A stretch of DNA of 60,805 bases, filler included, from Sphacelaria rigidula (lineage: Eukaryota): NCBI GenBank assembly GCA_964200075.2. It is 8 parts of 8 records of this genome, joined end to end, with 100 filler letters (N's around TTAATTAATTAA, not from the genome) between each part and the next. Parts side by side here need not be neighbours in the genome. Positions count along the whole stretch, not along the records: positions 45,681 to 53,193 come from CAXNAA020014565.1; positions 53,294 to 60,805 come from CAXNAA020014566.1; 6 more parts are not named here. One strand, given 5' to 3'. The notes beneath the pieces were generated by a model. That model was given only the letters and a program-made list of their open reading frames with translations, had not been told where the DNA came from and searched no databases. The position numbers and the translations under genes are program-made. Positions 51,537 to 60,805 of this stretch are shown piece by piece (within the stretch, counting starts at the first letter, position 1; every line of letters begins with the position of its first letter).

Positions 51537-52532
51537 TGTTGGGGTAAGACACTTTCTACGATAGTCCCCCCCTCAAAACCAGCTAAACGTGTTACGAAAA
51601 AAATGGCCATACAGCGCCTAATGTTCGGGCTCAGGCTGCATGAAGCGCCTGATATTGGCGACATTGTTGGCTAGAACGAACCCAAGCGTGGAAATTCCTA
51701 GCTTCTCGTTGTGCTCGGCTTGTCCCATTTCGATTTACGTGAAAAATTTGCCTCCCGAAACCATGCACTTTTTTGGGGGGGGGTTATCATAGAAAGTGTC
51801 GTTAGGTTCCGGGGCGTGGTCCCTGCAGGGGCTGGCCCAATTGGTTTTGACAAACGTCGACCCTAAGGTGTTTCGAACTACGATGCGGTCCTCTAAGCAC
51901 GTGGTCCTCTCACGCATCACACAATCTATCCATTTCCCAATGTACGTGGTGAACAGCCTGCACTGGGCCTAGGCCTGGAGCTCTGTCACAAATGTTACAA
52001 TGACGTGTGCGTCGTGCACACTGCCACGCGGTCTAGCACAGCAGATGAGGCTTGTATGAGGCATGATCACCGTACCTGAGGTTCATCGAACGTGTAGCAC
52101 ACTTCGCAGGACTTTCCAGCGATATCGTAGGCGCAGGACCAGCGAGAGTAGGACGCTAGACTCCCATCGCGGGTCTTCTCGCAATTGCACCCGTCCGAAC
52201 CGCAGTCATCGGGATCGTAGGCGCTGCAGTACGACACGTCCACATCCGTTTTCTCTCCGGCATCCACGTAGGCTGAAGGGATCGGGGGTACGAGTGGCGG
52301 GTGTGATCATCGTCAGGTATCAGGAAAATGGAAGGAGCCGGTTTCTATCGCGTTGTGTTAGTCCCTACGGGTTTATCCTACGAGAAAAGGTAACATGTTA
52401 TCGGGGCATACTAGCACTGTGCTCCTCGGCGACAAATATTGTGATCACGCACGAGAGTTTGCCGAGTGTGCCGTGGAAGGTTGTCGGTGTGGTTAACATG
52501 CATAACGAAACCGAACTTCAACAAGTGTGGTT

Positions 52533-53172
52533 TTATTATTATTATTATTATTATTACTATTATTATTACTATTACTATTATTACTATTACTATTTTTACT
52601 ATTACTATTATTACTATTACTACTATTATTACTATTATTATTTTTATTACTATTTTTATTACTATTATTCTGATTATTCTGATTATTATTATTATTATTA
52701 TTATTATTACTACTACTATTATTATTTATTTATTTTTTATTATTATTCTGATTATTACTACTACTATTATTCTGATTATTATTATTATTCTGATTATTAT
52801 TATTATTAACTGTTATTAATTATTATTATTCTGAATATTATTATAATTATTCTGATTATTATTACTACTATTATTATTATCATTATTATCATTATTATTA
52901 CTACTACTATTATTACTATTAGTATTATTATCATTATTAATATTATTATTACTACTATTACTACTATTATTATTATTATTACTACTATTATTTTATTTTT
53001 ATTATTCTGATTATTATTATTATTATTATCATTACTATTAGTATCATTATTATTATTCTGATTATTATTCTGATTATTATTATTCTCATTATTCTCATTA
53101 TTATTATTATTATTATTCTGATTATTATTATTATCATTATTATCATTATTATTATTATTATTATTATTATTA
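52533..53172 (+). repeat. ~640-bp compound (ATT/ACT/ATC)n trinucleotide microsatellite with TCTG interruptions
   Basis: Direct reading. Confidence 0.97.
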
Positions 53173-53193
53173 GTACAATGTCCTAGAAAAGGT

Positions 53194-53293
53194 NNNNNNN
53201 NNNNNNNNNNNNNNNNNNNNNNNNNNNNNNNNNNNNNTTAATTAATTAANNNNNNNNNNNNNNNNNNNNNNNNNNNNNNNNNNNNNNNNNNNN
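53194..53293. other. Artificial contig linker
   Basis: N44-TTAATTAATTAA-N44. Confidence 0.99.
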
Positions 53294-54651
53294 ATGATAC
53301 TGTTGTACCACTATACCCTGCGTTGGTTGTGCTGGGTTGGATTGAAAGTGTGACCCAAGTTGCACCACGGTCGGGGCCGTGGTCATGCGGCAGTGACTAG
53401 CCGCAAGTGTTTTTGCCATTATCCCAGGGTGCACATGAAGTTTGAAAAAGCAGTTCGCGGCTCATGATGATAGGTGGTATCTCGAACGGTCAAACGGAAC
53501 CCGTAGGAGCTCCCTCACCCACGCCACAGAGCGCGGAAAGCTTGTAGAGTATAGATAAAGAGTGTTTGCACTGCAAACTCTCCAAACGCATGACTAGCAA
53601 AATGAAAGTGAAGATGCTGACATGAAAAACGTGTTTGAAATCAAGTAAGAGGCAATGCTGCGTTCTCAGAGGTTGAGAGAACGCTATGACCCCGTTTCGA
53701 TGTACTCTGAAATCAAGTAAGGGACAATACTGCGTTCTCGGAGCTTCTGGGAGAATGAAATGGGCGCGAAAAAAGGTGCTCTATAATCAAGTGAAAAAGA
53801 TGAAAAACTCTTCAACGGCGAAAAAGATCAATGAATTAATTGATATATTTGAGCAATAAGGCAGCAAACCACCACCACTAGTACAGTAGAGCGCTACTCA
53901 ATCATGTTGTGTTCATTGCTACTGCCGTACTGTGAGTGTATCGCGCTATTGATGCTGATGATGGGTGTACGCTTGGAGGACACTAAGAGGGAGAGTATTT
54001 TATTTCCGTAGCTTTCTGTTCTGACTTTCGTAGTTGGGCGCGTATACAACAGGCAGCGAAGTGATCAACCACGCCTACCATTTGCGAACCTTCCACGGGT
54101 GTGCATGTCTGGCAATTCCGCACTTTGGTGAATACATCTCATGGAAAATAGTAATGTATCAACCATACTCGGATGAAAAATCGCCCTTCTGCAATCGTCA
54201 GCCTACACATGAGGAGTTTCAAAAGGGTCAAGCTGGGGTACCAGAGGAAGGGCGTGCAGCGCGCACGTGTGCTCTGCTTTCTGTTGTGAAAGTACGCAGC
54301 CAAGGAGAGCGGGCGGTTTCTGCGACGTCTGCTGTGTTTTGTGTGGTGCTCCGATGCTGTGCGTGTGCTGGACATATCTACCGCTGTTGTATTTAGTCGT
54401 TTAATGACGCTGTGGGCGGAAATGGGCAACCACCGTCGCAGACGAGATATCGCGTTGAGGAGTTGCCACGTCTGTGCCAAGTCCGATTTTACGTACAACA
54501 CACGTCATCCGCCATCGGGCATCATGAAATGGAGTTTTTTCCAAAGCCTGTGCCATGGCGATCATCAATCCTTCCATGCCACCCGTATTACTCAACGACT
54601 TTTCCTAACCCTAGCTCTTATTCTTTCGCGTACTTGACGTCAACACAACAG

Positions 54652-55428
54652 AGGCGAGGATGGGGCGCACGGGTAGGCACCCCAGCGGCACAGACAATTC
54701 CCCCTTCTCTGGCAGCCTTGCCTGCACGGACGGACGGTTCTTCTCCTGCCCCGTCTACCCACGCGGCAGCCGCGTTCCCCCCAAACCCGATGGGCAACCA
54801 TCGCACCAGCACGGTGGCGGCGACAGCAGTGAACTCCCAAAACCAAGATCGACTTCATTTGGAAGGTGGGAGCGCTGTGGCAGGGGGTGGAGAATATGAC
54901 CGACATGGTGGGTTGTCGGGCAGTGGTGGTGAAGGGTACGGGGACAGTGTTAGGGGTGCGGATGCAAACCGCAACAACAGCTACGACAGTAATGGCGGTA
55001 GGGCACCAGGAGATGGGGCCCGAGTGTTCGGTAATTGTTACAAGGACAACGGTAGTGACACGCCACTGGCTGCAGATTTTGTTCCGAAATACCGACAACA
55101 AGATACAGAGCGGCAAGCTCCGCAACCCTCCCGCATAGCTCCCGCTCCCGCTCCTGTGCCCTCTTGGCTGGGCAGCAGTAAGCTTGGATCGTCTTCTGTC
55201 AAACGCACCTCTGCCTCTAACGGCGACACTGCCACCACCAGCGTCACTGCTGCAACTGACGGTGGTGGTGGTATAGCGAAGTCTTCGGGGAGCGGTTGGC
55301 GTGGGGCGGGAGCGGAGGCGGATGAGGGAGAGGAGGGTGGTGGGGTGTTCGATCCTCATGGGCCGACTGTGGTTGCTGAGGAGGTCGAGGGGGCTACAGA
55401 TTGGTCTAGCGCTGGGGCTGTTGTGTAA
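54652..55428 (+). CDS. Probable low-complexity (G/S/A/P-rich) terminal exon of an unknown gene
   Basis: GC-rich open frame of about 258 codons after caacAG, ending in TAA; no recognisable domain. Confidence 0.45.
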   Translation, partial: RRGWGARVGTPAAQTIPPSLAALPARTDGSSPAPSTHAAAAFPPNPMGNHRTSTVAATAVNSQNQDRLHLEGGSAVAGGGEYDRHGGLSGSGGEGYGDSVRGADANRNNSYDSNGGRAPGDGARVFGNCYKDNGSDTPLAADFVPKYRQQDTERQAPQPSRIAPAPAPVPSWLGSSKLGSSSVKRTSASNGDTATTSVTAATDGGGGIAKSSGSGWRGAGAEADEGEEGGGVFDPHGPTVVAEEVEGATDWSSAGAVV

Positions 55429-56048
55429 TTTTGCTGTTTTCACGGCACTACTGCAACTAACGGTGGTGGTGGCGTGAAGAAGTCTTCGGCAGGCGGTTGG
55501 CGGGGAACGGGATCGACGGGGAAGAGGAAGATGGTGGGGTTTTTGATTCTCATTGGCTTGGACTGAGGTCGCCGAGGATGTCGAGGGGACTACGAATCGG
55601 GTGGCTGTCGTGTGATTTTTCATTTTATTTCTTGTGCCTATGGCTATCTACGCCTGCACAGTCATACAGGGAAAGCGGTGGATCGATCTTTATGCAATGT
55701 GAAGAAGCTGTCGATCGAGATCATGTGCTCCCCTGCTTCGACAGTTTTGGTGATTTTTTTTCAGCGCGTGCCGTGACGACTGCAGAAAAAAGAAGAGCGA
55801 GCTATCCAACAGGGACGTCATGAACGTCTGAAAACCTAAAAATATCATATCTCTCCTTGCTCATAACGACTAAGCATTTTAAGCCAGCTCGTAAGATATC
55901 GGGTGGGAGTACTTGGATGATCGATCAATACGTGGGAAAGGCGCCTCTCTAACGGGAAGGTACCAGCGTGAACGTTGGAATTACTGGGGTGCAGTTCGGA
56001 GGATCGTGGCCAAAGAGCCGCGAATGTGCTGAGTGCAGGTGAGCAGTG

Positions 56049-56454
56049 CACACGCGGCCATTCGGCTATCCCCAAAAATACTCAGTTCCGGTCAACTTTT
56101 CCGAGCATCCAGAGGAATTAGACGCCTCTAGAGGGTGCGCGGCCCTCCAGAGGGGTGGGATCGAACGTCTACAGAGGCTTGTTTTCCTTTTTGGAGAGCC
56201 ACGCACCCTCTGGAGGAACTTGGAGGATGCGCAGCGCTCCAGGACACCATCTTTTTTGTTACTCTGGAGGGATTCAGACCTCAGAAGTCGCTGGAGCATC
56301 AGATTCCCTCCAGAGGATTTGTTTCATGGCCGGAACTGAGTATGAAAGACCCTCTAGAGGGTATATTTATCCTCCGGAGGGTCACACTTTTCCCTCGAGA
56401 GGAAGAAAATCGCGATAGAGGATGTTTATGGGGGTAGCCAATTGGCCGCGTGTG
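56049..56454. mobile_element. CMC/EnSpm-like MITE with CTGGAGG/CCTCCAG internal repeats
   Basis: TG|CACACGCGGCCA ... TGGCCGCGTGTG|TG; about 35-nt imperfect TIR, possible 2-bp TSD. Confidence 0.7.
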
Positions 56455-57158
56455 TGTATGGATATTGCTGTTCTTGAGACCGCGAGAACAACAAGGCGGG
56501 CTGTCTGGGAACAGGGTGAAGTTAAATAGAGCGTGCAGATATGGGAACACGGGGCCGTACGGGTCGGTCATTTTGGGGTGGGGTGATGCTTCTGTGTTTG
56601 TGTGTACGATTCCCTACTTAGCAATTTGCCAGTTGTTGAGGGGAAGTTGAAGACTGGCTGGAGCCTTTTTTTTTCACTTTGAGGAAGGAAAAAACCTCGC
56701 CCAACACTCTGACACCCCACAAGCGGGTTCGTGTGCCGATTACCCGGAAGCTCGTCTAGACTGCCTCGCGGCAGTCACATGCGAGGTGGGCGGAGCGTTC
56801 GGAAGTAGTAAGCTTTGCTAAAGGCAAATGTGGGGGTCCAACCCACTAAAGCCCCATGTCAACTTGGCGCAGTGCATGCGCCGCTCTACACTCATCTGGC
56901 CCTAGGCCTGAAGCCATCATGAACCCGCGGTCAACCCAAGAATCTCTTGTGCATCCGTGTTCAGTTCCATCGTCTCTGATCGCCGATGCGACGCAAAACC
57001 GTAACTGTTGCATGTGTGTATCATTTCATGCTCGCGGGCAGCACCTCATGATATGCGCTACACTCCAAGCCTAACCCCCGACCTCAAAATCCTGTGGCAA
57101 AACCAAATCCCAACCCCACTTTCTAGGTATCAGGTGGGAGTTGATCGAGAGTAAGAAC

Positions 57159-57584
57159 ACGTGATTTTACAAATTGGGGTTGGACTTTTTGTTAAGGGTG
57201 AGGACCCGCAGCATTCAAATCTTCGTATCCCCATAAAATCTTCGAAATATGGTTCCATTTCTCCACTTACTGGTAGCTATTGACAACTACTACACGCCAT
57301 ACAAATTTGGATTTCGAAAACCGAAATGTTGGGGTTCCAGGTGAAAAACCCATGTTGGGGAATTTTGGTGATGCGATCGGACCTCAAAGTTGGTTTTCCA
57401 CCTGGGACCCCAACATTTCGGTTGTCGAAACCCAAATTTGTATGGCGTTTAGTAGTTGTTAATAGCTACCAGCAAGTGAAGAAATGGAACCATATTTCGA
57501 AGATTTGGTGTGGATACGAAAAAATCGATTCTCCGGGTTCTCATCCTCAATAAAAAGATCCATCCCCAACTGGTAAAATCACGT
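57159..57584. mobile_element. Foldback MITE with ~190-nt arms
   Basis: ACGTGATTTTAC ... GTAAAATCACGT; inner arms CCGAAATGTTGGGG / CCCCAACATTTCGG; about 40-nt spacer. Confidence 0.85.
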
Positions 57585-58497
57585 TGTTTAAATCTAGGCT
57601 ACTTGTGCTGAGGAGGTGTACACATGGACTATAACTATCATTGCTAATTATCATGATGCAACGGAAGTGACCTGCCTCGTTCATAGCAACGCTGTACTAT
57701 GACACGGCGATTGATATACCACGGTACCACCATAGCACCGTCTCAGGGGGCGAGGGGGGTGGCTTTTGACAGCAGGAGGATCGGGGCCTGTTCGCATAGC
57801 AGCAGAAAAGCTGACCAAGTCAACCATGTGTGCTTGGAAGTTTCTCACGGAAGTTCCAAACCAGGAACGAGGCCGAGAGGAGGGGAGCGACCATTTTGAT
57901 AACTGCGTGATTGGTCAAAATTGTCAGCACGCCACACCCCAGATATTCCAGCATCCCCTCAAATCAGTTCCTCTTAATCTTGTAATATTACTAAATACAC
58001 CCACTATGCTCCCCGGCAACCTATATAATGCCGAGGATGTCTTACATGGATATTAGAACATGGCAACTCGTTGCTGGCTCCCCCCAGTGTGCCACCAACT
58101 TGGTGGCTGGGATCGCTTTCATGACAAACTGTTGCCGCGCTCCCCCCAGTGCACTACCAACTTGGCCGAGGTCGCTTCCAGATCGTTGCGGTTCCCTCCA
58201 CATCTAACTATCGAAATATTTTCGGGCGGGAAATGTTTGGGTACTTTCTACGCACACCGTCCCGGGTCATCCTCATCCTCGAGAATAATAGAAATACCAC
58301 CCTGAATTTTGAGAATCGACTGTTTGTTCTTGAAAAAGAATGTAAGCGCGCTATCCGGCCGTGATGTGTGGCCTCACTCATCCTAATAGAACCCGTGCGC
58401 GGTTTGTAAAATGCCGCGTTAGCGAGGGATCCTGACAAACAAAAGAGAACAGTTTTTTTGTGTGGGTATGAGCGGATAAGTCGAACATGTTCGATTT

Positions 58498-58655
58498 TAA
58501 GACAGGATTTTTCATGTTGAGGATGGTGGATGTTCCTGAGGATGAGCGAGGCCTCATATCACGGCCGGAGAGTGCATGCGCGACGCTTTTAAAGGATCCC
58601 AAGCTTCATCCTGTCCACAAATAAACCAATTCTTAATTTGTAAAATCCTGTCTTA
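58498..58655. mobile_element. Small MITE-like element
   Basis: TAAGACAGGATTTT ... AAAATCCTGTCTTA, 14-nt inverted termini. Confidence 0.55.
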
Positions 58656-58967
58656 TATCAGGTTATTATGTAATAACGTGTACTGTCACGTAGTGCCGCC
58701 CGCCATCGGTGGGCTTGATGTCTTTGGCCAGGCCACACAGAGGAAGGGGTCAATTTATTGAAGTTGAATGAAGCGCCCAGCCTCGAGATCTCGAAAATTT
58801 CGAAATGTCAGCTTTGTTTTCTTCTAACCCACTTTCTTGTCTGGGGGGCGATTTTACTGAAACCACAGGGAGCGGGTGTTCCACGCCGTCCTCAGAAGCG
58901 CGGCGGAACTGCGGGTGCTGGATATGTGGAGGCTTGCCGCTACATGCCACTCCGGCATCCTGCTGTA

Positions 58968-59298
58968 TGTGTGTGTTGTCATCCCATCTATTTATTCTGA
59001 AGGGCATAATATACACCTTTCGGTATATGTGGGCACATCAGTCGGGGTCACGTGGTCAACACAGGAGTTTTGATGTCTCATTTTGTCGTAGTATACTCGC
59101 CATTTTCTTTTGCGATGCTTACCTTATTCGCTTCATCGCGAGAGGGGTTCAGTGATCCCCCTCCCTCGTCGACCGTGATGTCGAACAATTTATGTACGCA
59201 CGACAAGGTCGATCTCCACTGTTAGGCATGGTGTGAGAAAAAATCCCAGATCGTGTGACTTCACCAAGATTCGAACCCGCGTCCCAACCAACCGTCAG
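58968..59298 (-). mobile_element. tRNA-derived SINE, copy 6 (diverged, A-box lost)
   Basis: Reverse complement of the SINE body, including the GGGTTCGAATC B-box. Confidence 0.8.
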
Positions 59299-59400
59299 CC
59301 TGGTCAGTTTTATAGTAATCTTCACAAATGTCGAGTCAACGGGAGCTCGCGGAGCTCGGAGAGATTGCAGATGCTCGGCCTTACTTTTTTTTTTACAGCG

Positions 59401-59617
59401 TATTCAAGCGTCGCGTCACACACTTTGTTCCATGCATGCATGTATATTATTAGCAGGATTCGACAAACAAGTTGCGTCACTTGAGGCAAAACTCAACGGG
59501 TAAGGAATCAGAGTGTATCCAAGCGCTGCGTCGCACACTTTGTTCCATGCACGCATGCAGTAGGATTCGACGAACAAGTTGCGCCACGTGGAGCAAAATT
59601 CAACGCCTAAAGAATCA
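59401..59617 (+). repeat. ~115-bp tandem duplication upstream of a putative first exon
   Basis: CACACTTTGTTCCATGCA...GGATTCGAC.AACAAGTTGCG twice. Confidence 0.85.
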
Positions 59618-59805
59618 ACAAATATGATCTAGTTTGAGGGGTTTCCTCCCGGTAACGCCAAGAAACTTTCCTCGAAGGGTTTTCGTCCAAAAACGCAATC
59701 CACGGGCCCAAATTGCCCGCAATTTACCGGACCACATTTCGCCGTACCACGCCCACCGTTGCCCACTCGACAATACCACACACCAACAGAGATACCAGTA
59801 CGATC

Positions 59806-59994
59806 ATGTCCACGAGCAATGGCTACAAGAACAGGACTATGCTGAGTGGCATGCTGTGTGCCACAATCTTGGGCTGCGCGGCTGCGTGCCCGTTCCTACA
59901 AAAGCAGCAACAACAGCAATCCAGTGCTGTTACTGCTGAAGAAGCGACCGGCACTTCTGCACACCGGTTGTCAGCACCCAGCGACGATGAGCAG
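59806..59994 (+). CDS. Probable first exon of a secreted protein
   Basis: ATC ATG; MSTSNGYKNRTMLSGMLCATILGCAAA-CPFLQKQQQQQ...DDEQ, a signal-peptide-like stretch, then donor CAG|GTACTT. Confidence 0.55.
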
Positions 59995-60805
59995 GTACTT
60001 CGAAGCACGAGTGTAAAAAAATCCACGCTATACGGTGCCACGTAACTCTAGTAACCTGTGCTATGTACTAGACAGTGCACACTTCATTCTCAAACTATCG
60101 CATCAGAAAGTCAGGTTGACTCAACTACGTTCGTCGTGGAGAACGCAAGTATCTTTTAATCGACAGTGAGAGGGATACTCGTTGGCGACGAGTTAGCGTG
60201 CGCTCGCCTCGCTTCATGAGTTGTGTAGGTCTCAAGTGAGAGGAGTTGAAAACTCACGCTCTTCTGGCATGTCTGATCTGCAATTTCGATATCGTCTCAC
60301 AGCAACTGTTGCTATAGATTCTCTACACAAGCGCTGATAAGCCGGTGAGTGTAGTGCAATAACCTTGCACTACATATAGTAATCGAATAGTACGCCCTGC
60401 TCACAGGAAGAGGGTCACCTATCTATCCGGTTCTCTGTGAGGTGCACGCGTTACTGTATAGTTTGGAATTTTGCACAAGTTCACCGAGTGATTTAGTTCG
60501 ACCCCTGTCATACAAGCCATTAACCGGGGATCCTGAAAAATTGAACAGACTTTTTTTTTTATATATGGGAACGACTTTTTGGGAGCGGGCTCGAGATCAT
60601 GCGAAAAGGTATACCGCACCGCCCCCCCATCGGCCTCATTTTCTTCTTTTCTCGGCCTAAATGTTTTTCTGGCGCCGTTTTTTTGCTCCCTAAAAGTTGC
60701 CTTGCTTTCAACGCGCGACACGCGTCCACCCTCAACAGTGTTTTCGTGAGATTGAGAGTAGATGATCCGATTGAGAGTGGCTTTGATCATTCGCTTTAAG
60801 TGAGT

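Noticed and set aside
52063..52819. Poly-Tyr and poly-Ile ORFs
   Set aside because: Translations of the (ATT)n microsatellite
7559..53249. Regularly spaced TTAATTAATTAA as a biological repeat or array
   Set aside because: Always centred in N44 blocks; an artificial six-frame stop linker
54034..54396. ORF after a good-looking acceptor
   Set aside because: Its 5' part is homologous to the reverse complement of about 37720-37860, so it is a dispersed repeat

Overview
This is not one locus. The window is eight unrelated ~7.5-kb contigs (1-7514, 7615-15128, 15229-22741, 22842-30354, 30455-37967, 38068-45580, 45681-53193, 53294-60805) joined by artificial 100-nt linkers (44 N + TTAATTAATTAA + 44 N). 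The DNA is eukaryotic, intron-rich and repeat-dense. It is most likely brown algal (Phaeophyceae), judged from a single 72-nt plant-type LRR exon, an exon resembling the brown-algal/phaeovirus EsV-1-163-type module, and the repeat landscape; this taxon call is an inference. Recognisable genes are all fragments. They are seven or eight exons of a geranylgeranyl-transferase type-I beta subunit (minus strand), two exons of the SUV3 mitochondrial RNA helicase, one large exon of a DHA1/TetA-like MFS transporter, one LRR exon, one discoidin/CBM32-like exon, a probable first exon of a secreted protein and a low-complexity terminal exon. There is also an intact tRNA-Asn(GTT). The rest is mobile DNA: six copies of a tRNA-derived SINE, LINE 3' remnants, a gag-like remnant, microsatellites and many MITEs (hAT-type with 8-bp TSDs, Stowaway-like with TA, piggyBac-like with TTAA, Sola-like with a 4-bp TSD, and Harbinger/CMC-like). 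I found no convincing new multi-gene system. The best leads are two substitutions in the diphosphate-binding pocket of the prenyltransferase, the modular LRR and EsV-like exons, and a nested 88-bp palindrome. Nearly all ORFs in the supplied track are spurious.
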